Below are positions 8,959-18,403 of a DNA stretch of 64,000 nucleotides, piece by piece (the stretch's first letter is position 1; each line of letters starts with the position of its first letter). Both the position numbers and the translations under genes were made by a program. Below the pieces are notes generated by a model. The model did no database searches and had not been told where the DNA came from. It saw only the letters and a list, made by a program, of their open reading frames with translations. The DNA comes from Candidatus Wallbacteria bacterium (GTDB lineage Bacteria > Muiribacteriota > JAQTZZ01): positions 74,087-138,086 of the forward strand of contig JAQTZZ010000002.1 in assembly GCA_028687545.1 (NCBI GenBank). The letters are read 5' to 3'.

Positions 8959-11220
8959 TCAGTATGTGAATGTCACTGTCTCGGGCAGCGGCTGCGTGGA
9001 GCCGTTGAATACAACTGAAGATGCAGGTGAAGTGCAGAGATGACCGGCAATGTAGAACTTGATGGGAGTGGTCTTCACTCCGCCGTTGCCAGTTCCGGCC
9101 GGGTCTTCTGTCAGCACGTTGAAAAGAGGTACTGCACCGGCTGCAGTGATCGTGGTCCTGCCGCAGAGCAGGGCTGAGGATCCGGCTGCAACGCTCAATG
9201 CATAAACCCTGTTTCCAGCTGCGCCGCTGCTGCCTGTGGTTGACAGGAACTGCTGGGTGCTGTTGTTGGAAGACTGGATTGCATTGGGTTTCGCTGTGGC
9301 GCTGGCTGCGGCTGAGGATTCGGTCGCATTGATCACGAAAGCGGAATAGTAATATGTAGTTCCGCCGGTGAGGCCTGTTTCAGCGGTAAAGCCATACCAG
9401 AGATTGGCATCGACTTCCCTGGACCAGACAAAGGTGCCGGCAGTTGCGCTGGCGGGTGCGGAAGTGGTTGATCTTCTGACCATCAGCTGGGTGCCGCCAT
9501 TGAGGTCTGTCGGGGTCTTGCAGTACAGGTCGATTTCAACGGAATCCCAGGGCAGGGCCACAAAGGTGGACACTGCGTTCGGTCCGGCTGTGATGCCGAC
9601 TGTGACTGTTGCAGTCTGGCCGCCATAGGTTGCGGTCAGCACTGCGTCACCGATTGTGGTCCAGGTATAGGTGGAGCCGCTGACTGTACCAACACCTGAG
9701 GTCTTGGTCCAGGTCGGGGTGACTGAGGCTGAGGAATCATCTGTGTAGAGTCCGAACACCATTACATTGCTCAGATCGTAACCTGTGGTGCCATTAGCAA
9801 GCTTCAGGCTGAGGGTCTGGAACATCTGCTCGATCATGATGCTGGAGAGATTCTTTTGCACATATTTGATTGATCCGCAGATTGTGTTGTATTTGGCTGT
9901 GGAATACATGTTGCTTCCGAAGACCACGTTGTAGGTATAGGTAGCATTGTTTGTGATCTTGCCATTGATGGTGTTGAACAGCGCGGCAGCCATGGTGGAA
10001 CTCAGATTCAGGCTCACTGTGTGGCTGCTGACTGTAAAGAGGTTCGAGCTAACATTGGTATAAGTGCTGGAACCGGTGGCACCGTCATTCTTATAGCTGA
10101 TCGTGACTTTTGCGTTATCAGGCACTGTGAAAGCATTGGTGGTGTGATTGTAACTGAGTGTGGAAAGTTCGACAGTCGCCCTGTTGGTGGCAGTGTAAAG
10201 CACGACTGTGAGCGAGGTCGAGAAGTCCTTGGTATTGCCTGTGGTATTGAGAGTGGCATTGAAGACAGGGGTGACATCAGATGCACTGTGCGGAATGTCG
10301 AAGGTCGGCAAGCCTGTAGCTGTGACTATGCCACTGCTCGGTGCACCCATGTTGATTGAAGTGCTGTTGATGGCTGTGACTGTGAGGTGCGGATACAGGT
10401 CTGAGTCTGTAATCACAGCTGTGTTGCCGGTCAGGGTAGTGGAGGCTGTAGTCGTTTCTAGTGTGGCATTGCTGGTGATTGTAGCCATGGTAAAAGTCGA
10501 GGTAGGAATGGCGATCTTGGCTACTTCGTCCATCAGAGTCGGCTTGACCATGTTGGCCAATGTGCAGAGGTTGCCAAGGCCTGTAGCTGTGTTGGCTGAT
10601 GCAGCGCAGTCCAGGTTGGAGTCTGCAAAGCCGAGACGGGCAGCCACAGTGGCCTGGGCCTGTGAAACAACCGCTTCTGTAATAGTGGTGGCATTGAAGT
10701 TCGAACCTTCCAGTTTGGTGGCGATTGCGCTGATCATTCCGTCGACAGTGGTGCAAGTGCTTAAATCAGCTCCTGTCATGCCTGCGCCTGTGTTCAGAAG
10801 AGCCATGGATGCGATTGTGGTGGCAGGGGTCATGGACATGTCCTGGCCGTCCTTGACGTCAGGCTGCACGTTCAGCATCATCTTGTCTATGCCGAGGAGT
10901 TTGTACTTGATAAAGTAAACATGGGGCAGATTGTCATAATCAATGGAAGATATGACTCTCACAGTATAACGGCCGGTTGTGGTATCTGTGAAAGTGGGGA
11001 GTCCGGACGCGATGTTCTGCTTATGGCCGTTCTTGTCCTGCACATAGCAGTAGAACCCGGTGACATCGGCTGAGGTAAGGTATGAGTTGTTGGCAATTCC
11101 CTTCAGGATCTTGGTGGCAATGCCGCCTTCGTCGCCGCCGCTGCCGAAGCAGCCGGTCATAGTCAAAAAGGCTGCTACGATGCCTGTGATTACAAACAGA
11201 CTTACTAATTTCTTGTTCAC
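8959..11220 (-). CDS. Large surface lipoprotein with Ig-like/FN3-like repeats, function unknown
   Basis: The N-terminus MNKKLVSLFVITGIVAAFLTMTGC is a signal peptide ending in a lipobox-like cysteine. The body is Thr/Ser-rich with Big_2-like segments such as VTPTWTKTSGVGTVSGSTYTWTT...TATVTVGIT. No catalytic motif was recognised. Confidence 0.5.
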   Translation of the reverse strand: MNKKLVSLFVITGIVAAFLTMTGCFGSGGDEGGIATKILKGIANNSYLTSADVTGFYCYVQDKNGHKQNIASGLPTFTDTTTGRYTVRVISSIDYDNLPHVYFIKYKLLGIDKMMLNVQPDVKDGQDMSMTPATTIASMALLNTGAGMTGADLSTCTTVDGMISAIATKLEGSNFNATTITEAVVSQAQATVAARLGFADSNLDCAASANTATGLGNLCTLANMVKPTLMDEVAKIAIPTSTFTMATITSNATLETTTASTTLTGNTAVITDSDLYPHLTVTAINSTSINMGAPSSGIVTATGLPTFDIPHSASDVTPVFNATLNTTGNTKDFSTSLTVVLYTATNRATVELSTLSYNHTTNAFTVPDNAKVTISYKNDGATGSSTYTNVSSNLFTVSSHTVSLNLSSTMAAALFNTINGKITNNATYTYNVVFGSNMYSTAKYNTICGSIKYVQKNLSSIMIEQMFQTLSLKLANGTTGYDLSNVMVFGLYTDDSSASVTPTWTKTSGVGTVSGSTYTWTTIGDAVLTATYGGQTATVTVGITAGPNAVSTFVALPWDSVEIDLYCKTPTDLNGGTQLMVRRSTTSAPASATAGTFVWSREVDANLWYGFTAETGLTGGTTYYYSAFVINATESSAAASATAKPNAIQSSNNSTQQFLSTTGSSGAAGNRVYALSVAAGSSALLCGRTTITAAGAVPLFNVLTEDPAGTGNGGVKTTPIKFYIAGHLCTSPASSVVFNGSTQPLPETVTFTY

Positions 11221-11584
11221 TCGTTTCCTCCTAAAAATCTTTGGTTGGGATTTCTCCCTGGTTTCCGTAAAATTCCTCTAGTGATCTACGCCATCACCTC
11301 CTCTGATTAATCAACTTTATCCTTAAATACTATTTGGGTTTGTGCCTTATTTTAGTATTCCAGTCTGTGCCTGTCAAAGATTTTTTTTACCGGAAACCGT
11401 GGGGAATTTTGGATTCGCAGGGGCACAGCGTACTTTGTCCTTATTTCAAGCCGTTTGAGGTTTACATGTTGGTATATTGGTATATTGGTATGTTGGTAAG
11501 ATTCTGTAACGGAAATTTCACTGCGTTCAATTTCCTAACAGACTCTATACCCGAGGTTCGAAGAACCGAGTGGGATATGTTGGT

Positions 11585-13114
11585 CTAGCGGCCATACTCC
11601 TCATGTACCGCCTTCTTCACTACCAGCCTGTAGTCCTTTACATAGCGCAAATGACCATTTTGATTAAAATACTTCAATATCAACTCTTTCATACCGGTTT
11701 CCACCTTGAGGAAAGGATAGCTTTCAAAGAAAGAGGAATATTTATGAGCAAGCCCGCCCTTGATCAGAAAACTGGTGGTGACAATTGAGTAGAAGCTCTC
11801 GGCCATCAGCGGGTTCCCGTCGATGAAAATTGCGATCCTCTCTGCTGAGCAGCTTGTATAAGGTTCCTTTCTAAGGCAGGCCGGGCTTTCCATTTTCTGG
11901 CAGAGGTCGCAGAGAACCGCGGGGTCGCCGGTAGAGCATTTGATTGAAATTGACTGAGGGGCTGCTTTTTCCAGCCGCTCCAGATTCTGGAAAACCCTGC
12001 GGCAGATGGGATCGTCAGTGTATTCGATCCTGACACCGGAAAAGTAGCAGAAAAAATAGGGGTCTTCCACGAAGTTGGAGATCATTTTGGAAAACAGCCG
12101 GAAGATCTCGTCGCCCGGGAGAGTGCCTGAATAAAGCTCATTGTCCCAGTAAATGATTTTTTCCAGCAGCTCGCGCGTGACTGTTCCCCTGCCCAGGATC
12201 GGGTTGATGCAGGAGGCATTCAGGAACACGATGTCTGCAGCGAGAGAAAACCTGATCAGGTCTGCCACGAAATCCCCGAACGCAGTCTCGCCTGAATATT
12301 TTTCAGTGATGAAATCGCTGAGGGATTCACCGAGCACTTCAGTAACTCCTTCGATGCCCAGGCGGATTTTCTCCTGCCCAAGCTTTTCCCTGAACACCAG
12401 ATCAGGCACCTGAGCGCTCAGTTCGATCAATCCGTGCTTTCTGGCTGCGGCTTTACCGCTCCCGTTGATCTCCAGTTCCACGCATCCCAGATATTTTCCT
12501 TCTCCGCCTGAATGACAGATCATGGTATGGCCTGAATAATAATCATCTTTGATCACCGTATGAGTATGCCCGCCGAGGATCAGGTCAATTTCAGGATGTG
12601 CTTCAGCGACCTGCTGGTCAGCCGGGAAACCGAGGTGCGAGAGCAGGACTAGAAAATCAGACTCAGCCTTCAGTTTTGGAAGATTGGCTGTCAGTGTTGC
12701 TTCAGGGTCTGAAAATGTATATTCAGGGTATTCAGGCTGGCCGCTGAGAATGCCTGGAAAACAGACTCCCAGCACCGCGATTCTGAATCCGTTCAGATTG
12801 AAAATCCTGGATACTGCACCGCCGTCATAGCCGATCGAGAGGTTGGAATTGAAAATGGTAAAATGCGCTTCCCTGAGCGATCCAGGAAGAGAGGCAGGCG
12901 CAATGTCCAGCTCATGGTTTCCAAGCACCATGGCGTCGTAGTTCAATAGATTCATCGAGATGATCGAATCAAGGCCCTGATTTTGGGTGGAAACGGAATC
13001 TCCGGCATCCAGCAGCAGGAATTTCTCCCGCTCTGATTTCAATACAGAAGCGATGTATGCAAAGGAGCCGACATTCCAATGCAGATCGCCTGTGTAGTAG
13101 ATTTTAAGCTTCAT
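11585..13114 (-). CDS. 5'-nucleotidase / UDP-sugar hydrolase family protein (calcineurin-like metallophosphoesterase plus 5'-nucleotidase C-terminal-like region)
   Basis: Metallophosphatase motifs are present in order: GDLH, LLDAGD, GNHELD and GGHTH. The length of 509 aa is typical of the family. Confidence 0.7.
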   Translation of the reverse strand: MKLKIYYTGDLHWNVGSFAYIASVLKSEREKFLLLDAGDSVSTQNQGLDSIISMNLLNYDAMVLGNHELDIAPASLPGSLREAHFTIFNSNLSIGYDGGAVSRIFNLNGFRIAVLGVCFPGILSGQPEYPEYTFSDPEATLTANLPKLKAESDFLVLLSHLGFPADQQVAEAHPEIDLILGGHTHTVIKDDYYSGHTMICHSGGEGKYLGCVELEINGSGKAAARKHGLIELSAQVPDLVFREKLGQEKIRLGIEGVTEVLGESLSDFITEKYSGETAFGDFVADLIRFSLAADIVFLNASCINPILGRGTVTRELLEKIIYWDNELYSGTLPGDEIFRLFSKMISNFVEDPYFFCYFSGVRIEYTDDPICRRVFQNLERLEKAAPQSISIKCSTGDPAVLCDLCQKMESPACLRKEPYTSCSAERIAIFIDGNPLMAESFYSIVTTSFLIKGGLAHKYSSFFESYPFLKVETGMKELILKYFNQNGHLRYVKDYRLVVKKAVHEEYGR

Positions 13115-13180
13115 TTCATTAGATTCTTCAAGCCTACAAACTTCAATCCACCAATTCAGTTTCTATTGTATGGTTTCCAC

Positions 13181-13214
13181 AAAAAAAGGGCACGGTTTCC
13201 CGTGCCCTTTTGGT
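13181..13214 (-). terminator. Strong rho-independent terminator (bidirectional hairpin) immediately 3' of giant gene A
   Basis: The sequence is AAAAAAAGGGCACGG-TTTC-CCGTGCCCTTTT. On the minus strand the hairpin is followed by TTTTTTT. The same element occurs again at 24402..24434. Confidence 0.8.
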
Positions 13215-16200
13215 TCACTCATGATTGTATTCGATTCTGGTCTTCTGTCTCTTCAGCAGTTCGTCCATCAGTTTGGTGTCCAGGATCCAGAAAGGCACCA
13301 GGATCGCCCTGGTATTGTTGGACTTGTCTGTGACAGAGATCTTGAGCAGTTCAGGTTCAAGCGGCAGTTGCTCGAAATCAAGGCGTGTGCTTTCCTTGAA
13401 CTGGGTGAAGAAGATGGCATGCTTATGGCCTGTGTTGTCTGTCATGATCGGGATATTCTCAGTCGGGAGATTGACCCAGGCCCCGTCCGGATCGGTAACG
13501 CCAGGCGTTTTCTTGACTTCGATCTTCACATTACCGGCGAAAGTCACAGGGAATACTCCATTGTGTCCCTCGATCAGGTTGTGGGAGATGAAAGGTGCAT
13601 TTTCAATACAATCGACATTGTCGCGGGCTTTGACTTCAAAAGCCACTCTCATGTCCTCGTCAATGCCTAGCACATTCGGCTTATTCGGAGTCAGGTCGCC
13701 AATGTACTGGCCGAAATCGAAAAACTCCGCTTTCATGTAGTTGTTGCCTGGCATCGGCTGATCCACGGCATCGAGGGAATACACATTCCTGTCGATGAAA
13801 TAGTCGAAGATGTCACGTGGCTTATCGACAGTCTCGTCATTCCCTTCCACCAGCCTGGGCTCATTTTTCCCGTCGCCTGTGACTATGATCCGGATCTTTC
13901 CGCGCTCGCTGGTGACGCTGTTGAGCGGATTCAGGCCTGTTCCGCCCCATTCCGTATTATCCACAAGGGCAGTCAGGCTGGGAGTGGTGGAATTGTCGAT
14001 TTTAATGCCGTTCATGCCCTCGTCCACGAATCCATATCTGGGATCCAGAAAGATGTCGTCCCTGTCATCGTCATTCACCTGATACTTGATCACCCTGCTC
14101 AGTTTGGGTATCACGACAGTGAATGACAGTTCAGGCGGGTCATTGTCGTGCACCATCAGCTTGGCAGCGTATTTCCAGGGGGCATTGGCATCGTCGCCTG
14201 CAGTTTCAGGCGGAATGATCGGAGTGCCGTTGGAATTGAGATAATTGCCCTTGCCGTCTGTGCCGTAAACATACCAGTAAAGGTAACTGGCATAGTTTTC
14301 CGGCAAAGGACCAACAGTTCTCTTTGGATTGTAAAGAAAGAGGAATCTGTGCATGTATTTCTGAAGTCCGCCTGTTTTCCCAGGCTGACTTACATGGTAG
14401 TAACTGGAATCATCAGGCGGATTATCCACTGAGCCGATAATACGGGTAAAATCGTCATCCAGCTTGCCGTCAACGTTCAGGTCTACCAGAGAACCTTCGG
14501 GTATCTGGACGCTCATGTCCAACTGGCTCTGGTAATCAGTGTAAACCGAGTCCACAGTGCGGTCCTGCAGCTGATCGAAACGCCTGTTCCCTGAGTTGGC
14601 GGTCGGGTTTTCGATCTGGACTCTGAGCTTGAAATCATCGGGCTTCAGCGCCACATTGGGATTGTTGTCCAGGACCACATACTGGATTTCCCTTGGGAAG
14701 AGGTCGGCTGTGGTGCCGCCGTCCGCGTAATCGTCAGTGACGTAATAATAAAGCGCAGGTCCTTCTTTATCCACGACTTCGATCTGATACCCGAAATCCT
14801 TGGAACCCGGGGTCCCGGTATCAATATCGTGATAGCTGGTATGCCTTGGCGTATCGCAGGTCAGGTCATAGTAATTAAACTTTGGGGGCACTACGTCCGG
14901 GACCTGGTCGCGGGGTTCCCATTTCACGCATGGGTAATCGAAATCCAGCCAGAGGTAATAGCAGGCGAATTTGGGATCAGGTGCGCCGGACAGAGGCATC
15001 ACAAATTTATACAGATTCTGCTGCGTCGTGAGATTCAGCTTGACTTTGAACACATGCCTGTCCGCAAAGTTCGGAGGATTCCAGGTGTCCCAGGCCACTG
15101 TCTCATCCAGAGGCCCGTCAGTGTTGTTCCTGTATTCCACCACTGTGTCGTCTGACAAATCTCCTTTTTCGAACATGGTCTGTGTCCAGCGGTAAATGGG
15201 GGTGCCTGAGCTGTTGTCGAAGATGAATGCACCTACCCACCACTGGTACTTGATCTCGCCCCAGTCCTTTTTCCTGTCGAGATGGGAGTTGCCTGCGCCA
15301 GGGTCGAGCTGCGATGTGCCGAAGATCCCGATCCCGTTATCATTGCTGACAGGAACATCAATCCCGTTATAGGGATAGTCCTCCAGAGTGGTCTTCTGGT
15401 CGCTGTTGATGTCAACTGATCCGCCTGGGACCAGGTCGCCCGGGTTGCCTGTCAGACAGGCGGCCTTATCATTGACGTCAGTGGCCAGAGAAGGTTTGTA
15501 GTTGTTGGGTTTAAGCCCGTCGCCTTTGTAGTTCCAGACGCCCACTCCGTCATAACTGTCCACCAGGGAAGTGGATCCGGCATCATGCAGATGGAACTGG
15601 TAATACTTGCCCCACTGCACATAGAATGTGGCGTAAATCGGGACTCCGGTATCCTCGTCCACCTGCTGCGGGGCATGGATGTTGACCTGGTGGATGTAAC
15701 CCGGGGTAGGAGCGTTTTCATTGCCCACATGTATCACATGCTCTGCGATGAAATTCATGTCTGAATTCTTCCAGGCAGCCGGAGGAGTTGATGGCGCATA
15801 TCCGCCCGGGAGGAAGCATTTCGCGTCTCTCCACTCGAACGGGCAGGAGCTGGAAGTGGCCATGGCGTAACCAAGAGATTTGCGCTGGTCGATGAAAGAG
15901 GGGAATTTCATTGTCTCATAATTGTAGCGCTGATATACGGCCAGAACCTGGACTTTGTAAATGCCGCGGTCTCTGAAGAGAATCTTGAATCCCTTGCGCT
16001 CGATCTGAGCCGCACCATTCACCATGTATAGATAATTGTCAGGCTCATTGGTAGCTGAGACGTCGATCTTGACGCCCTGTCCGGCACTGGTGAGCACATT
16101 CTGGGGCTGCCCGTCGATCGGAGGATTGACAAACGGATCGACTTTTTCGCCTGTGATTTTATTGCCGAGAGTGGCATTGGGCATCCAGAATTCATACAGT

Positions 16201-17530
16201 ACATTGCTGCTCTGGAGCACATCGATCACCCGGATATAATAGATCAGGCCTGGGCCTGCGTTCGTGCCCTCGATCAGTCCGATCGGGTAGCCGCCTGTGA
16301 ATCCGTTGGAACTCAAAGGCTGATGTGTCGAAAGCGTTGATTCGCCGTAATTGTTGTTTTTATTCAGGTAGTCACCGGCAAAAGAAGGCGGGTTTTCAAT
16401 GTAAAATGTATAAGCCAGGTCTTCTTTCAGATAGTCATCATTGGGTTTAGCCGGATCTTTGGGAGGCAATGGATTCGTGTTGTTGGAATCAGGATCCATG
16501 CAGACAAAATCCACATGTGAGATGTCATCGCCCGCAATCGGAGGGCCGGCTATGTTTACGACTGCAATGTCTGTATCTATTGCTCTCACATCCACCATGC
16601 TTGTGCTCATGTCGAGCACTGCGGGAGAACTGAAAAACGGGTCCCAGACCAGAGTGTTTCCCGCGTACCAGCCATAATCCTGGCGCTTCCAGATGTTCCC
16701 GCCCAGAAAGATCTTGAACATCAGGTAATGGTCTGCGATGTTGTTTTCCTTGACCCTCCAGACACTGTAATACCAGCCGTCGGAAAAGACGGAAGTCCAT
16801 CTTTTGGTCAGCTTGGCCTGCTGTGGAGTGGGAGGCGGTTCGCCAGGCTGTGGAACATATGTGTAATCATTGATGTCTTTGACCTGGTCCGGCGGCCACA
16901 AGGTATTGGGATCCCATCCCTGGGGTTTCAATTCCTGGGTTTTTATCCCATAGTAAACATTGCCCTGTCCGTCTGCAGCGATGGCTTCGATCGTACCCGG
17001 CACATTGTTCGGGATGGAAAAAGTCACTGAAGTGCCTGCTGTCAGTCCGATCATCTCGGTTCGATTGAAGGACCTGAGGTCAGGCTGCAGTTCGTACTTG
17101 ATGCCGCCCAGGCCGTCCCACTGGTCTGCCACGCACATGTCTATGGCATCAGAGTAATAAAACCAGTCTTCCTGGCTGTTCTTGGTGGCAGCTCCGATGG
17201 AGGAAGTATGGTCAGGCAGATTCACCTGCTGAGCGCTGCCGTCCATGGCAGTAGGCTTCGCGTATGACAGGCCGTCTACATCGGTTTCCACAGTTTCCAT
17301 CTGTCCGATTTTCAAGATCTCATCCGGAACAGTGGTATAGAAATATCTGCGGCCAGTGCAGCTCACTGCTATGTCCATCCTGCCTGTGGGAGAAACGTTG
17401 GGCTGGTCATTATAGTTTTCACCAGGAGGAGAGTCTCCGCAGGATGCGCCCAGAGCCTGATAGGTATAGTTGCACTGGAACAGATGGAAAACCTGCTCGA
17501 ATGCGTTGAACTGACTGGAATAAGGATCCC
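13181..17530. repeat. High-identity duplicated tract copy A (~97-98% nt identity to 24402..28770)
   Basis: Direct by-eye comparison of the first ~400 nt after the terminator shows only scattered substitutions. Protein identity is above 90% across the corresponding translation. Confidence 0.6.
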
Positions 17531-18299
17531 AGGAACCTGCGACAGCGATCGGCCTGTGAGGGTCATTGTAATAATCGTCCCAGAAAGTGAGGTCCCGCTC
17601 CTCGTAATTCTTGATCAGGGAATGCTGGCCACGTCCGTAATGGCCCCAGCCAATGTTATCGTTGCAGTGCATGAAAGTGAAGTAACCGTTGGGGAGCTGG
17701 GCAAAGCAGTTGGTGTCTATGTCGCAGCCATTGGGCACCAGGAGATTGCCGAAATCGTCTTTCCAGAAATTGGTGTTGAAATCAAAGGCCGAGCCCCATT
17801 GTCCCCCGCTTACCCACCATCTCCAGCCGTGGACATTGAATCCGTGTCCGAAATGGTTGTTCCAGTTGTTGGGATAAGAGCAATAGATCCATTGCCCGTT
17901 GATACCCATCACTACCCTGAAAAAAGTCCGGTTGACCAGAGTGGGGACATCGAATCCTTCAGCGGTCAGCCTGGCCAGCTCCGCAGGGGTGACGCGGGGC
18001 GGCCCGAAAGCAGTAGTCTTGTTGCAGAGGAGGTATACGTTGCTGAACATGTCGACAGCGATCGCCTTGCCTGAATCGCCCGGCATGAAGAGCCGTTTGG
18101 CCTTGGGGTCATTTCCCTGGTCCACAATAATGGTCTCTGTGCTCTCATGGAAAGGACCGTAAACTCCCTTGTTGATTCCATCGCCGACCAGAACATAGAC
18201 ATCGCCGTTGCGCTTGTAGATATCCTTATTGGAATATGTCGCTACTGCAAAAACCGCACTGCCTGCCATTAAGAGCAACAACAGAAAGATTTTCCTCAT
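13215..18299 (-). CDS. Giant secreted protein, paralog A (1694 aa), unknown function. A hypervariable cassette near the N-terminus sits in an otherwise conserved body.
   Basis: The reading frame is intact and a signal peptide MRKIFLLLLLMAGSAVFAVA is present. I recognised no known catalytic or sorting motif. It is about 90%+ identical over its C-terminal ~1400 aa to the ORF at 24434..29638. Confidence 0.7.
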   Translation of the reverse strand: MRKIFLLLLLMAGSAVFAVATYSNKDIYKRNGDVYVLVGDGINKGVYGPFHESTETIIVDQGNDPKAKRLFMPGDSGKAIAVDMFSNVYLLCNKTTAFGPPRVTPAELARLTAEGFDVPTLVNRTFFRVVMGINGQWIYCSYPNNWNNHFGHGFNVHGWRWWVSGGQWGSAFDFNTNFWKDDFGNLLVPNGCDIDTNCFAQLPNGYFTFMHCNDNIGWGHYGRGQHSLIKNYEERDLTFWDDYYNDPHRPIAVAGSWDPYSSQFNAFEQVFHLFQCNYTYQALGASCGDSPPGENYNDQPNVSPTGRMDIAVSCTGRRYFYTTVPDEILKIGQMETVETDVDGLSYAKPTAMDGSAQQVNLPDHTSSIGAATKNSQEDWFYYSDAIDMCVADQWDGLGGIKYELQPDLRSFNRTEMIGLTAGTSVTFSIPNNVPGTIEAIAADGQGNVYYGIKTQELKPQGWDPNTLWPPDQVKDINDYTYVPQPGEPPPTPQQAKLTKRWTSVFSDGWYYSVWRVKENNIADHYLMFKIFLGGNIWKRQDYGWYAGNTLVWDPFFSSPAVLDMSTSMVDVRAIDTDIAVVNIAGPPIAGDDISHVDFVCMDPDSNNTNPLPPKDPAKPNDDYLKEDLAYTFYIENPPSFAGDYLNKNNNYGESTLSTHQPLSSNGFTGGYPIGLIEGTNAGPGLIYYIRVIDVLQSSNVLYEFWMPNATLGNKITGEKVDPFVNPPIDGQPQNVLTSAGQGVKIDVSATNEPDNYLYMVNGAAQIERKGFKILFRDRGIYKVQVLAVYQRYNYETMKFPSFIDQRKSLGYAMATSSSCPFEWRDAKCFLPGGYAPSTPPAAWKNSDMNFIAEHVIHVGNENAPTPGYIHQVNIHAPQQVDEDTGVPIYATFYVQWGKYYQFHLHDAGSTSLVDSYDGVGVWNYKGDGLKPNNYKPSLATDVNDKAACLTGNPGDLVPGGSVDINSDQKTTLEDYPYNGIDVPVSNDNGIGIFGTSQLDPGAGNSHLDRKKDWGEIKYQWWVGAFIFDNSSGTPIYRWTQTMFEKGDLSDDTVVEYRNNTDGPLDETVAWDTWNPPNFADRHVFKVKLNLTTQQNLYKFVMPLSGAPDPKFACYYLWLDFDYPCVKWEPRDQVPDVVPPKFNYYDLTCDTPRHTSYHDIDTGTPGSKDFGYQIEVVDKEGPALYYYVTDDYADGGTTADLFPREIQYVVLDNNPNVALKPDDFKLRVQIENPTANSGNRRFDQLQDRTVDSVYTDYQSQLDMSVQIPEGSLVDLNVDGKLDDDFTRIIGSVDNPPDDSSYYHVSQPGKTGGLQKYMHRFLFLYNPKRTVGPLPENYASYLYWYVYGTDGKGNYLNSNGTPIIPPETAGDDANAPWKYAAKLMVHDNDPPELSFTVVIPKLSRVIKYQVNDDDRDDIFLDPRYGFVDEGMNGIKIDNSTTPSLTALVDNTEWGGTGLNPLNSVTSERGKIRIIVTGDGKNEPRLVEGNDETVDKPRDIFDYFIDRNVYSLDAVDQPMPGNNYMKAEFFDFGQYIGDLTPNKPNVLGIDEDMRVAFEVKARDNVDCIENAPFISHNLIEGHNGVFPVTFAGNVKIEVKKTPGVTDPDGAWVNLPTENIPIMTDNTGHKHAIFFTQFKESTRLDFEQLPLEPELLKISVTDKSNNTRAILVPFWILDTKLMDELLKRQKTRIEYNHE

Positions 18300-18403
18300 T
18301 GTTCCGCTCCCCCCTGAATTTTATTTACAGTCAGATTTTTTTCCGTTTTGTGCACTATCAATGTTTACTCCGATTTTTTGGAATCGTTTCATTTGCTGCC
18401 CGG

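Noticed and set aside
10208-10918. 236 aa plus-strand and 159 aa minus-strand ORFs inside the lipoprotein gene
   Set aside because: They are alternative frames within a Thr/Ser/Ala-rich coding region. The lipoprotein frame has the signal peptide and runs the full length.
11469-11500. TTGGTATA x3 short tandem repeat
   Set aside because: It is only three units in an AT-rich intergenic region. It is a simple microsatellite and not CRISPR-like, with no spacers or further repeats.
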